A stretch of 64,000 nt of DNA from an uncultured Veillonellaceae bacterium. GTDB taxonomy: Bacteria; Bacillota; Negativicutes; UBA1444. A program made the position numbers and the translations under genes. The notes under the pieces are model-generated. The model worked only from the letters and a program-made list of their open reading frames with translations, did no database searches and was not told the origin of the DNA. The DNA is taken from assembly GCA_964601085.1 (NCBI GenBank), contig CAZRLN010000003.1, positions 28,192 to 92,191 of the forward strand, written 5' to 3'. Every line of letters starts with the position of its first letter. Within the stretch, counting starts at the first letter, position 1. Below, in pieces: positions 19,105 to 28,514 of the stretch.

Positions 19105-19620
19105 ATGTTGAACAACGCAAAATTGAAAGACACTCTGTCGCAAATAATGACAGCCAAAACAGCCGAACCTATTCAACTTCATCCAATGGCGGCTGCAGAA
19201 CGGACTGGTACCGAGTTGACCTTACCGTCGCTGACGGTCGTTCTGTCTTTCTCGCTATCGTTTGACGAGGCTCAATCCCAGATGAAACGAATACAGGAGA
19301 TGGTCAGAGACTTGGGGATTCAACCAACTATTCAGCATCAACCTGCACCGGCGCTAGCAGGTCTGCCACAGGCGGCATCAAAACCGGGATCATTGGCAAC
19401 AAGTGCTCCGGTGCGTATTCAGACTCCATTTAAGCATGCCGCGTCGCCTGCGCCGATGACAGACAAACAGAAGAGAATGATTTTCGCGTTGACTGCAAAA
19501 AAGGCGTTGGAGGCAGAACAAGTTGAAGAATTATTAATAAAACAAGTCGGACATAAGCGCGGCAGCGATCTGACCAAAACGGAAGCAAGTTCGCTCATCA
19601 GCACGCTACTCGCCATGTAA
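19105..19620 (+). CDS. Hypothetical protein; candidate annealing/accessory protein partner of YqaJ
   Basis: 171 aa, Pro/Ala-rich linker, conserved-looking C-terminal helical segment. No motif recognised. Confidence 0.35.
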   Translation: MLNNAKLKDTLSQIMTAKTAEPIQLHPMAAAERTGTELTLPSLTVVLSFSLSFDEAQSQMKRIQEMVRDLGIQPTIQHQPAPALAGLPQAASKPGSLATSAPVRIQTPFKHAASPAPMTDKQKRMIFALTAKKALEAEQVEELLIKQVGHKRGSDLTKTEASSLISTLLAM

Positions 19621-19726
19621 AGAACTTTACCTTGTCCTGCCGAGCAATTACGACTAAAAGTAAAATGGTTTGACATAGTGATTGGTGTTGTGATATGCTT
19701 GGCAGGACAGAAGGAGGTGAAAGGCT

Positions 19727-20131
19727 ATGGGCAATACCCCGGGAAAAAGAGATGATGCGATGTTACGATCCCTGCAGCAAAACTTGCCAGTCATTCGCAA
19801 GGCGGCGAAACTGAGTCAAAAGGATCTGGCATCGACGCTGGGCGTATCTCGCCAGACGGTTAACAACTGGGAAACCGAGAAGACTTTCCTGAATCCAACG
19901 CAGGGATTGGCCCTTATGGCAATAATCCAGTCATTCAGCAGTGTTTATCCCGGCGTGAAAAAAATCGCCGAAGCTTTTTTTGAACTGCAGGATGATGCAA
20001 TGGTGAAAGCCGCTAAGTTACGGAGCCCGCTGGAAGGAATAATCGCTATGTATATCGCAGGACGAATTGCCGCGAATCCAAAAGAGGACGATCACGACGA
20101 AGAAGACAAGGAAGAATTGTCAGTAGGCTAA
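19727..20131 (+). CDS. XRE-family helix-turn-helix transcriptional regulator
   Basis: LSQKDLASTLGVSRQTVNNWE is an HTH_3 motif; strong RBS AGGAGGTGA. Confidence 0.75.
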   Translation: MGNTPGKRDDAMLRSLQQNLPVIRKAAKLSQKDLASTLGVSRQTVNNWETEKTFLNPTQGLALMAIIQSFSSVYPGVKKIAEAFFELQDDAMVKAAKLRSPLEGIIAMYIAGRIAANPKEDDHDEEDKEELSVG

Positions 20132-20155
20132 TCGCAGAACGATTCAAAGGAGAGA

Positions 20156-20455
20156 TTGTATTTGGTATCAGAGACATCGTCGCAGCAACATATCAACGAC
20201 AAGGAAGCACAGATCAATAAAGCGACCAAGGATTCAGGAAGTACTGTTTGTGTCGCCGTATCCATCGAACGGCTGGATCTTCGGGCAAAGAATTATGCCA
20301 AGCAAGAAAAGGTGTTCATGGTGGCTGATGATTGTGGCGAAACAGCAGCAAGTTGCAGAGTTGGATTGGAGCCGTATGTGAACCTGTTGGCTCGGATATG
20401 TGAAAATGGGCTGGCAGAGGCTGAGTCTTCCGGGAAGGAGATGTTCGTATCGTGA
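20156..20455 (+). CDS. Hypothetical small protein, overlaps the recombinase start by 4 nt
   Basis: 99 aa; GTGA start/stop overlap with the downstream recombinase gene. Confidence 0.3.
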   Translation: MYLVSETSSQQHINDKEAQINKATKDSGSTVCVAVSIERLDLRAKNYAKQEKVFMVADDCGETAASCRVGLEPYVNLLARICENGLAEAESSGKEMFVS

Positions 20456-22041
20456 GCAACACGACTGCTGTCATCTATGCAAGGTTTTCGTCCGATAACC
20501 AGCGCGAGGAGTCGATTGATGGCCAAGTCCGTGCCTGCCGTAACTTTGCCAATCAGCACGGATATAATATTATCGAAATCTATGCCGACCACGCCAAAAC
20601 CGGAACAAATGATAGGCGCCCTGAATTTCAGCGCATGATTCAGGATGCGAAGGCCAAAAAGTTTGCAGTTCTGCTCGTCCACAAGTTCGACCGATTTAGC
20701 CGTGATAAATGTGATTCAGCCCTTTACAAGCGCGAGTTGAAGCGAGCAGGGGCTCGCATCATTAGTGTTTGTGAACCTTTAGGCGATTCGCCGTCTGATG
20801 CATTAATGGAAACCGTGATTGAAGGCGTTGCTCAGTTTTTTTCGGAGAATTTGTCGTTGGAAGTTATGAAGGGTATGCTAGAAAACGCTCACAAATGCAT
20901 GCATACTGGAGGTAAACCACCGCTCGGCTACGATGTCGATCCGGCGACAAAAAAATATGTCATCAATCAACGTGAGGCAGAAGCTGTCACGTTGATTTTC
21001 ACTCGGTATTTGTCAGGCGCTGGGTATGATGCTATCATTCGTGAGCTTAATGCCTCGAATTATAGGACAAAGCTTGGTAAGGTCTTTGGAAAAAACTCGA
21101 TCCATGATATTCTGGCAAATGAAAAATATACGGGAACTTACATTTTTAACAGGGCAGCGGCAAAAGATGCCGACGGCAAACGCAATAACCGGCGGGCAAA
21201 GTCGGTGGAGTCAATCATGCGGATTCCGGGCGGGATGCCAACTATTATTGATCAAGAAAAGTTTGAAGAGGTCCAGAAAAAAGTCGCTGGCAACAAACGC
21301 CTTCCCGGTAGCTATACAGCTAAAGAAAACTATTTATTGAGCGGCCTTGTTGTTTGTGGTGAATGCTTGAAGAACGGATTATCACACACGATGGTAGGGA
21401 ACCGGGTATTTTCCGGCAGAAATAAGAGGCTCTATGTGACATATAGGTGTTCGAACAAAGATAGAACCAACTCCTGCATTAACCGTGACGTTCGAAAAGA
21501 ATATCTAGAAGACTATGTGATCCATTCTCTTACAGACGTCTTTTTTGACGAAGGAACGATTTCCTCTGTAGTCGCAAGCGTTAACCAACGTATTGCCAGT
21601 TCGTGCGACCAGCTGAATTGTCAGTTGGAAACTGCCAAGCTTGAACAAATCGATGTTTTGAAGCAGATGGACCATATTGTTGATGCCATTGCCAATGGCT
21701 TCAAGCATGAAACGATGCTGAAAAAGTTCACTTCGCTTGAACAAGCGAAAGCGATGGTAGACGCAAGAATTAAAGAGATCGCAGAAAAACAGCAACAAAA
21801 AACTGTCTCAGAAGCTGATCTGAAACAGTTAGTCATTGCTGCAAAGTCGCAGCTAATGTGGTTGAGTGGACCGGAGCTGAAGGACTTCATCAAGGCATAC
21901 GTCAAGAGGATAGTCGCATACCAAGAAAAAATAGTAGTCGAGTTTCAGTTTCCGGTTGTGGTTTTGAGTGGTGGAGGCGAGGGGAATCGAACCCCTGTCC
22001 AAAAGCATCGCCACATGGCTTTCTCCGAGCGCAGTCGGTAA
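20452..22041 (+). CDS. Large serine recombinase (resolvase/invertase catalytic domain, recombinase domain, zinc ribbon, coiled coil)
   Basis: N-terminus AVIYARFSSDNQREESIDGQ carries the catalytic Ser; Cys-rich ribbon (CGEC...C...C). The last ~24 codons are encoded by the 3' end of the tmRNA gene. Confidence 0.85.
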   Translation: MSNTTAVIYARFSSDNQREESIDGQVRACRNFANQHGYNIIEIYADHAKTGTNDRRPEFQRMIQDAKAKKFAVLLVHKFDRFSRDKCDSALYKRELKRAGARIISVCEPLGDSPSDALMETVIEGVAQFFSENLSLEVMKGMLENAHKCMHTGGKPPLGYDVDPATKKYVINQREAEAVTLIFTRYLSGAGYDAIIRELNASNYRTKLGKVFGKNSIHDILANEKYTGTYIFNRAAAKDADGKRNNRRAKSVESIMRIPGGMPTIIDQEKFEEVQKKVAGNKRLPGSYTAKENYLLSGLVVCGECLKNGLSHTMVGNRVFSGRNKRLYVTYRCSNKDRTNSCINRDVRKEYLEDYVIHSLTDVFFDEGTISSVVASVNQRIASSCDQLNCQLETAKLEQIDVLKQMDHIVDAIANGFKHETMLKKFTSLEQAKAMVDARIKEIAEKQQQKTVSEADLKQLVIAAKSQLMWLSGPELKDFIKAYVKRIVAYQEKIVVEFQFPVVVLSGGGEGNRTPVQKHRHMAFSERSR

Positions 22042-22317
22042 TTTGTATTTCGCAGTTCCGACGCCCACCGACAGGCTCCGGTTCCGCTATCCCAGAAAAG
22101 TTTCCCTATCAGCCCTCCGGGAGTCAGGCTTTAAGGTATCTCGCATTGCGGCGCCCAGATCCCCTGCCGCGAGAAGGGCGGGGGCTGAACGTTAGCAGGT
22201 TAAGCTGCTAAAGCGTATTCGTTGTTTGCAGTTAGCTGTTTCCACCGTATTTCGGGCTGGTGGGATCCCGGCTCGCTTACCATGCCACAACTGCCCCTGT
22301 CGAAACCAGTACGCCCC
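21969..22317 (-). ncRNA. ssrA: tmRNA (ssrA)
   Basis: Reverse complement begins GGGGGCGUACUGGUUUCGACAGGGGC and ends GGACAGGGGUUCGAUUCCCCUCGCCUCCACCA (T-arm plus acceptor/CCA). Internal tag reading frame GCA AAC AAC GAA UAC GCU UUA GCA GCU UAA (ANNEYALAA) at 22200-22229. smpB lies upstream on the same strand. Confidence 0.9.
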
Positions 22318-22425
22318 CGTATAGGGTCGTAGGTTGGCAAAAACGAATCGCAACATGTTTACAAAATTATTATAGCATAGCTGACGCCGAAGGAGAAGGG
22401 GAGGTGTGGAGCACATTTGCCAGAG

Positions 22426-22896
22426 CTAAATCTTTTCATCCATGCAGATTTGCTTTGGTTTGAGCGAATAGGCCAAAGCGACTTCCTGCGGCGGTTTTTC
22501 GATCATGATTCCAGGATGGTCTCCTTCATCTTTCCGCAGAGGGGCTGCATTGCTCTGTGAAGCGCGGGCCGGAAAAGCAGCCAGGGCAGCTGCGGTGGAA
22601 TCGAAAATTTGAAACAGCCCGGTTAATCCGGTCATGTCGAAGATTTCCATGACGCCGGGGTTGAGACAGCAAAGGCTTAACTGACCGCCAGTCTTAACGG
22701 TTCGTTTTAGCGTCGAAAGAAATACCCGCAGCCCCATGCTGGATATGTACCCGGTTTTGGAAAAATCACAGAGAATGGCGTCTTGTCCGTTATCCAGCAG
22801 TTGACGGAACAGTTGCTCCAGTTCCGGCGAGGACGAAACATCGATTCGGTCCGCCAGTTCGACAACGCAAATGTTATCCAGTTCTTTTACCTGCAT
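22426..22896 (-). CDS. STAS-domain protein (anti-sigma-factor antagonist SpoIIAA-like)
   Basis: ILCDFSKTGYISSMGLRVFLSTLKRTVKTGGQLSLCCLNPGVMEIFDMTGL is a STAS fold signature; C-terminal unstructured tail. Confidence 0.7.
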   Translation of the reverse strand: MQVKELDNICVVELADRIDVSSSPELEQLFRQLLDNGQDAILCDFSKTGYISSMGLRVFLSTLKRTVKTGGQLSLCCLNPGVMEIFDMTGLTGLFQIFDSTAAALAAFPARASQSNAAPLRKDEGDHPGIMIEKPPQEVALAYSLKPKQICMDEKI

Positions 22897-22912
22897 CTCC
22901 TGTGTTCTCCTT

Positions 22913-23551
22913 CTATGCCGATTCGGGTTTTCTTGTCGCCGGAACGATTAAAACTTCGCTGCAGTTGATCCGTGTTTCCAAATTGTTCTTGATTTTGTCG
23001 ATGCTCTGTTGAACTTGTTGCATTTTTGCGGCGCCATCGAACTCGAGAAAAATTTCGATGTAGGTTTTTCCGGTGTCCCGACGCAGACGAATCGCGTGGC
23101 AGTCTACGTAGTCGGCGAAATGGGAGGAAAGTTCGCGTAAAACCTGAGCCTGTAATGCTTCATCCGGTTCGTAGTAATGATAAACACTGGTCAGACCGGC
23201 TGCAGCGAATCGGTCCCGCACTCCCGGTTTTAACATGCAAAAAGCCATCTGCCCCTGCAGACGGTGAAAGTCTTTGAGGACCGCGACAAACATCGACAAT
23301 CCGTCATCGGAGACAAATTCGGTTTGCGAAAAGTTGCAGAGGATCATCTTCGTTCCGTCGTCAATAAGCCGCCGTATGCGAGATTCCACCGCCGGGACTG
23401 CTTCGCCTTCCATTTGCGCGGGCACCAGGATAGCCTTTGTCGCACCATGTGTATTGACTTCGATTTCCAATAGCTCGACCCTCCAGAACTCTGATGCGAC
23501 ATATTTCCATAATGAGTCCTTGAAATCCTGCTGAAAGAAATGGATTGACAT
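22913..23551 (-). CDS. STAS-domain protein fused to a cation-diffusion-facilitator C-terminal-like (ZT_dimer) domain
   Basis: N-terminal MILCNFSQTEFVSDDGLSMFVAVLKDFHRLQGQMAFCMLKPGVRDRFAAAGL is STAS-like. C-terminal HAIRLRRDTGKTYIEIFLEFDG...IDKIK resembles the CDF cytoplasmic domain. Confidence 0.5.
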   Translation of the reverse strand: MSIHFFQQDFKDSLWKYVASEFWRVELLEIEVNTHGATKAILVPAQMEGEAVPAVESRIRRLIDDGTKMILCNFSQTEFVSDDGLSMFVAVLKDFHRLQGQMAFCMLKPGVRDRFAAAGLTSVYHYYEPDEALQAQVLRELSSHFADYVDCHAIRLRRDTGKTYIEIFLEFDGAAKMQQVQQSIDKIKNNLETRINCSEVLIVPATRKPESA

Positions 23552-23630
23552 TTATAAGAGAAGCCCATGCTGAATTCCTTCTGGCATGAGCTGCTTTACT
23601 ATTTATTGAAATCAAAGGGGGAGAATCATA

Positions 23631-24104
23631 TTATTGCCGCTGCCGGTCCCGCAGTGTTCGTTCGACTTCGCGCTTGGCGTCCTTTTCCGCAGCGGACTGG
23701 CGTTTGTCATACAGGTCTTTGCCGCTGGCCAGCGCCAGTTCCACTTTGGCCAGACCGTGCGACAGATAAATTTTCAGCGGCACCAAAGTGTAGCCTTTCT
23801 CGCGGGTCTTGCCCAGCAAGCGCAGGATTTCCGATTTGTGCATCAGCAGTTTGCGATTGCGGCGGGGTTCATGATTGAATCGATTGCCCTGGTCATAGGG
23901 ACTGATGTGGGCGCTGATCAAATAAAGTTCGCCATTTTCGATGCGGGCGTAGGAATCGGTCAGGTTGGCCCGGCCGCCCCGGAGCGATTTGATTTCGGTG
24001 CCGGTCAACACGATGCCGGCCTCGAAAGTTTCATGTATGTGATAATCGTGCCGCGCTCTACGATTTTCGGCGACGATCTTTATGCTTTGATTTTTTGCCG
24101 GCAC
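23631..24104 (-). CDS. smpB: SsrA-binding protein SmpB
   Basis: [32 protein letters not shown] is the canonical SmpB sequence. Confidence 0.9.
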   Translation of the reverse strand: MPAKNQSIKIVAENRRARHDYHIHETFEAGIVLTGTEIKSLRGGRANLTDSYARIENGELYLISAHISPYDQGNRFNHEPRRNRKLLMHKSEILRLLGKTREKGYTLVPLKIYLSHGLAKVELALASGKDLYDKRQSAAEKDAKREVERTLRDRQRQ

Positions 24105-26115
24105 TGGGTTTCACCTCTGTCTTCTTTCTGCGGTTTTTTGATTCGTCGGTAACGGGTTGGCGGGTTGGTTTGCGTTGAGCCTTCTTAGTGACCGGTGCGG
24201 TCGCCAGCGTAAAATCCAGCGACCGATCGGCGGGATTGGCGCGAATCAGGCGTACATTCACGGCATCGCCAAGGCGGTACCGTTTTTTCAGCCGTTCACC
24301 GAGCAGACAGTGCTGCTCTTCCACGTAGCGGTAATAATCATCTTCCAGCGTGGTGACATGCACCAGTCCTTCCACGCCGTTTTCCAGTTCGACGAAGAAG
24401 CCGAACGCGGTAACGCCGGCGATCACAGCCGGGAATTCCTCACCGATATACTGTACCATATATTCGGCGGTTTTCATATCGACCGAATCCCGTTCGGCTT
24501 CCGTCGCCACGCGTTCCCGGTCGGAGGAGTCGGCGGCGATTTTCGGCAGCAGATTCATCAATAGCTCCCGCCGTTCCGGCGACAATGGCCCGCGGAAGGT
24601 TTCATGCAAAAGTCGATGGACGATTAAGTCGGGGTAGCGTCGGATGGGAGAGGTGAAATGCGTGTAATATTTGGCGGCCAGTCCGAAATGGCCGGCGTTT
24701 TCCGCTTCGTAGCGAGCCTGTTTCAACGAGCGGAGCATCAGGGTCGATACCATTTTTTCCTCCGGCCGTCCTTCCATCCAGGCCAGGGCCTTTTGCAGGT
24801 CCATGGGGCGAACTTCCGTCCAGGCGCCGAGATGTTGGCCGAAGCTGCGGAGTAGTTCGGCAAGCTTGATCATTTTTTCCGGGTCGGGGTCAGCATGAAC
24901 GCGATAAACAAAGGGGATTTCCCGGTGATCCATGTGCTCGGCGACCGTTTCATTGGCAGCAAGCATAAATTCTTCGATGATGGACTCGGCGACTGTTCGC
25001 AGCCTTTTTTCAAGTCCAACGGTTCGCCCCTGCTCATCCAGGAGAACTTTGATTTCCGGCAGGTCAAAATCAATCGCGCCACGACGTTGGCGCTTGCGGC
25101 GCAGGATGTCGGCGAGTTGTTCCATGGATTCCAGCATGGGAACCAGCGGCGCATATTGCTCACGCAGGGCAGGGTCTTTGCCGGCAAGAATCCCGCGGAC
25201 AATGGTGTAGCTGAGGCGGGTGCGGACTTGAATGACACTGGGATAGATCTCGTAACGCTTGATTCGGCCGGATGAGTCGATATCCATCGATACCGAGAGT
25301 GTCAAGCGGTCTTCTCCCTGATTCAGGCTGCAGATTCCGTTGGAGAGTCGATGGGGGAGCATGGGAATGACCCGGTCGACAAGGTAGACGCTGGTGCCGC
25401 GCTGACGGGCTTCCAAGTCCAGCGGACTATTTTCGCTCACATAATGGCTGACATCGGCAATATGAACGCCAAGACGAAACAGGCCATTGTCCAGTTGTTC
25501 CACGTGAACCGCGTCGTCCAGGTCTTTGGCGTCTTCTGAGTCGATGGTGACGATGGAGAGATCCCGCAAATCGCGGCGACCACTCAACTCCGCCGGTGAT
25601 ATGATTGCCGGTACGCGTTCGGCGGCGTGGGCGACATTCGGCGGAAAATCTCGCGGAAGCTGATGGGAGGCAATCACAGTCAGGACATCTACGCCAGGTT
25701 CACCGACATGCCCCAATATTTCCGTGATCTTCCCTTCGGCAGGGCTCCCGTGCTTCGGCCAACGGGTGATTTCGACGATGACTTGGTCGCCGGCGCGGGC
25801 GGCGGATTTTTTGGGGACAAGAATTTCGATGCCGATTTTTACATCGGCAGGTTTTACAAACGAAGAGCTTCGGTTGCTTTCATACGTTCCCACGATCTGT
25901 GTATTGGCGCGTTGCAGTACCTTGATGATCCAGCCTTCGGGCTTGCGACCGTAAATTTCCGCCCGCTCGGCCAGGCGGACGACGACTTGGTCGCCATGCA
26001 TCGCGTCGTTCATGTTGGCGCGCGGAATATAGATATCGGGTTCCGCCGGATCGGCAGGAATTACAAAGCCAAAGCCCCGTCCCGATACTTGGAGGCGTCC
26101 TTCGATCGTTTTCAT
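24058..26115 (-). CDS. rnr: Ribonuclease R (RNB family 3'-5' exoribonuclease) with basic C-terminal tail
   Basis: 685 aa, cold-shock and RNB domains, S1 domain, Lys/Arg-rich tail. 3' end overlaps smpB by ~47 nt. Confidence 0.9.
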   Translation of the reverse strand: MKTIEGRLQVSGRGFGFVIPADPAEPDIYIPRANMNDAMHGDQVVVRLAERAEIYGRKPEGWIIKVLQRANTQIVGTYESNRSSSFVKPADVKIGIEILVPKKSAARAGDQVIVEITRWPKHGSPAEGKITEILGHVGEPGVDVLTVIASHQLPRDFPPNVAHAAERVPAIISPAELSGRRDLRDLSIVTIDSEDAKDLDDAVHVEQLDNGLFRLGVHIADVSHYVSENSPLDLEARQRGTSVYLVDRVIPMLPHRLSNGICSLNQGEDRLTLSVSMDIDSSGRIKRYEIYPSVIQVRTRLSYTIVRGILAGKDPALREQYAPLVPMLESMEQLADILRRKRQRRGAIDFDLPEIKVLLDEQGRTVGLEKRLRTVAESIIEEFMLAANETVAEHMDHREIPFVYRVHADPDPEKMIKLAELLRSFGQHLGAWTEVRPMDLQKALAWMEGRPEEKMVSTLMLRSLKQARYEAENAGHFGLAAKYYTHFTSPIRRYPDLIVHRLLHETFRGPLSPERRELLMNLLPKIAADSSDRERVATEAERDSVDMKTAEYMVQYIGEEFPAVIAGVTAFGFFVELENGVEGLVHVTTLEDDYYRYVEEQHCLLGERLKKRYRLGDAVNVRLIRANPADRSLDFTLATAPVTKKAQRKPTRQPVTDESKNRRKKTEVKPSAGKKSKHKDRRRKS

Positions 26116-26531
26116 GTCGGATCCGTGACGAAGACTTTGGCAGTGCCTTCGGCGGTGATTGTTCCGTCCGGCAGTTCGATGGAGCCGGACGTTTCGTATA
26201 CACGGCCCCGATTCTTGGTGATATGTCCTTTGATGAGGAGCGGAACGCCGATTGGAGTCGGCTTCAGAAAGCGTACCTCCAAACGGGCGGTAACGGCGTT
26301 GAGTCCTTTGGCATAGATATGGCGGGCCATGATTTCATCGAGCAGAGTACTGATAATCCCACCATGCAGTATGCCATCGTAACCCTGGTGTTGGGCGGAG
26401 CCGGTAAAATGGGAAAGATAAGTCCCATCGTGTTCTTCAAATTCCAGTTTGAGACCGCAGGGGTTGAGTCGCCCGCAGGCAAAACACCACTGGTTTTGCT
26501 CGTCGTTCATATTTTCCATAATATTGTTCAA
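26112..26531 (-). CDS. PaaI-family hotdog-fold acyl-CoA thioesterase
   Basis: GILHGGIISTLLDE motif; 139 aa. Confidence 0.7.
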   Translation of the reverse strand: MNNIMENMNDEQNQWCFACGRLNPCGLKLEFEEHDGTYLSHFTGSAQHQGYDGILHGGIISTLLDEIMARHIYAKGLNAVTARLEVRFLKPTPIGVPLLIKGHITKNRGRVYETSGSIELPDGTITAEGTAKVFVTDPT

Positions 26532-26542
26532 TCCTTTTCCGT

Positions 26543-27604
26543 TTATTTTTTTTTGACAGCGGTTGAGCCATTAAGGGGAGGCTTCAGCCATAAAACGGGA
26601 TCGTCCGGGAGCGGCTGTAATCCAGTGAGCGTATATTGTCCGGGGTTGCTCAGATATTCAGGTGAAAACCCCATGGGGAATTCATAGACTTCGCCGGTTG
26701 CGGGCAGATAAAGCCGCTCCACGTTCCGCAACCCGTCAGCTTTTTTTTCCGCCGCCATGTCTTCGACAGGCTGCCGTTTTTCCCAGAGGATCGCCATGGC
26801 GTTCAATACAGGAGTGAGGGAGGCGCCATCCGGCAACAACGTCGGCATATCTTCGGCCCGAGCTTTGCGGCATTTCTTCTCATATTCAGCGCCAAGTTTG
26901 AATGAACGACCAGCAGCCAGCAAGGCTGGTAATCTGGCGGTAAGTTCGCCTTTGGGGGCGGTCAGGCCATACAGTAAATATCCCATACCGATGCCGCCGC
27001 CGGGAGCATTGCGGTATTCTGGCGATGGAACGGTCGTGATGGCGATCAAGCCTTCGCCCAGGCGGTTGTTTTGCACAAACAGGATTCGAATGATTGCCGT
27101 CTGCGTATCCAGATATTCCAGGGCTTTTTTCTGCGGGGTGACCACAATCGGTTCCACGATTTTTATTCCAGGCCGTTCCGCCATAAAATCACGCATCGTT
27201 TGCATTTGCAGCACCTGGGGAATAAATCGGGCAAAATTTTCGGGATTCAGGGGCTGGATTACCGGCATATCCAGGCGATGCAAAGACTGACCGCTGATGG
27301 TTTCGTACTGCATGTCGCTGGATTTTTGTTCCTGGGTCATGTAAACCGGGCCAAATCGCGGGAAAAAGAACAATTGTTGCAACGGTTCCGCCGGGTTTTG
27401 AAGGAACAGGGTCAAGGTATCGCACTCGCCACTCTGGGAGAGCATCCAGTTTGCTGGTTTCTCGAACGTGAACGGGACAGCCGGCGCCGCGGGAGTGGTT
27501 GGTTTTGGCGGTTTTTTCGCTGCGGCGCATAGGGGAAACGACATGCTCAGGAGGAGCAGCAATCCCATCAGGCAAGCTGATTTTCGAAAAATTTGTTTTT
27601 TCAT
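26543..27604 (-). CDS. Secreted hypothetical protein
   Basis: Signal peptide MKKQIFRKSACLMGLLLLLSMSFPLCAAA; no recognisable domain. Confidence 0.5.
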   Translation of the reverse strand: MKKQIFRKSACLMGLLLLLSMSFPLCAAAKKPPKPTTPAAPAVPFTFEKPANWMLSQSGECDTLTLFLQNPAEPLQQLFFFPRFGPVYMTQEQKSSDMQYETISGQSLHRLDMPVIQPLNPENFARFIPQVLQMQTMRDFMAERPGIKIVEPIVVTPQKKALEYLDTQTAIIRILFVQNNRLGEGLIAITTVPSPEYRNAPGGGIGMGYLLYGLTAPKGELTARLPALLAAGRSFKLGAEYEKKCRKARAEDMPTLLPDGASLTPVLNAMAILWEKRQPVEDMAAEKKADGLRNVERLYLPATGEVYEFPMGFSPEYLSNPGQYTLTGLQPLPDDPVLWLKPPLNGSTAVKKK

Positions 27605-27613
27605 TCGAATAGT

Positions 27614-28369
27614 TCACTCCTTGGCAGTGGTTTGATCGAGAAATTCGGCGACTTTATCAAAAACAATTTGTCGTTCAATATCCACGGTGATAACGTGACC
27701 GGATTTTTGCAGCCAGAACAGTTCCTTATCCTTGGCGCCCAAATGATCCAAAATATAGGATGCACTTTCCGGTCTTACCGTGTGTTCGTGACGGGATTGA
27801 ATCAGCAGGGTCGGACAATGAATAACTGGCAAATCGGCCTGGACGGATTGGATGAGTTCCATGAGGCTGGCAAGACAGCTCAACGGGGTGTGGTCATAGC
27901 CAACATAATATTGCGGGTCGATATCATAGTCCCGGCGCCTTTTGGGGATAAACCGGCGAAAAGCCCGATAGAGGGGCAATAGGGGCAAACGTCGGGCGGT
28001 CAGAAAGATGGGTGTGCTTAGCGCCGCTACCCGGTCGACCGGATATTCGGCGGCTAGCTTTAAGGATAATAACCCACCCATGGAAAGTCCAACCACGCTG
28101 ATTTTCGTGCATAAGCCGTTGAGAAGGTGGAGGCCGTCGACTGCGGCGCCATACCAGTGACGCCAGTTGGTCGACTCCATATCTTCTACGCAGGTGCCGT
28201 GTCCCGGCAGGCGAACGGCTAATACTGTATGTCCTTTATGATGAAGCGATTCACCCAGCAGACGCATTTCTGCAGGGGTTCCGGTGAACCCATGAAGCAA
28301 AAGGACTCCGGATAAACTGCCCTTAAGCAAAAAAGGTTCGGCGCCCGGCATGATTTGCAGGGATTTCAT
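27614..28369 (-). CDS. Alpha/beta-hydrolase carboxylesterase
   Basis: HGFTGTP...GLSMGG nucleophile elbow. Start set at the internal MKSLQIMPG. Confidence 0.65.
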   Translation of the reverse strand: MKSLQIMPGAEPFLLKGSLSGVLLLHGFTGTPAEMRLLGESLHHKGHTVLAVRLPGHGTCVEDMESTNWRHWYGAAVDGLHLLNGLCTKISVVGLSMGGLLSLKLAAEYPVDRVAALSTPIFLTARRLPLLPLYRAFRRFIPKRRRDYDIDPQYYVGYDHTPLSCLASLMELIQSVQADLPVIHCPTLLIQSRHEHTVRPESASYILDHLGAKDKELFWLQKSGHVITVDIERQIVFDKVAEFLDQTTAKE

Positions 28370-28514
28370 GCGATAAGTCTCCTCATTGTATTCCCTATTT
28401 AGAATTCCACAGGATTGGGCGCAAACCCTGCCTAGAATATAGTATAATACATTCACTGCAGTTTAGTATCATTTATCCTGAGTGCCATAGTGCAAATGAA
28501 AACAGGAGGATCAA

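Larger units (their letters stand above)
10087..21983. mobile_element. Genomic island(s) inserted at the 3' end of ssrA. An ~1-kb remnant module carries HEPN/MNT; an ~10.9-kb element carries the Sia-like module, recombination/anti-restriction genes and a serine recombinase
   Basis: Bounded by the intact tmRNA 3' end and two direct partial copies of it. Cargo is typical of mobile elements (ArdC, RadC, YqaJ, XRE, serine recombinase, toxin-antitoxin). Internal AT-rich segment at 15983-16745. Confidence 0.55.

Noticed and set aside
22318-22425. Clear sigma-70 promoter for ssrA
   Set aside because: Candidate hexamers (TATAAT ~55 nt upstream, TTGCCA) have poor spacing relative to the mature 5' end, so no confident call. 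The tmRNA is likely processed from a precursor.
21858-22463. Track ORFs overlapping the tmRNA gene (21858-22211, 21968-22195, 22192-22416, 22260-22463)
   Set aside because: The region is the ssrA RNA gene. No RBS or coding signature.
24157-26316. Plus-strand ORFs inside rnr (24157-24564, 24350-24637, 24895-25275, 25627-26316) and 23634-24152 inside smpB
   Set aside because: Antisense to conserved genes.
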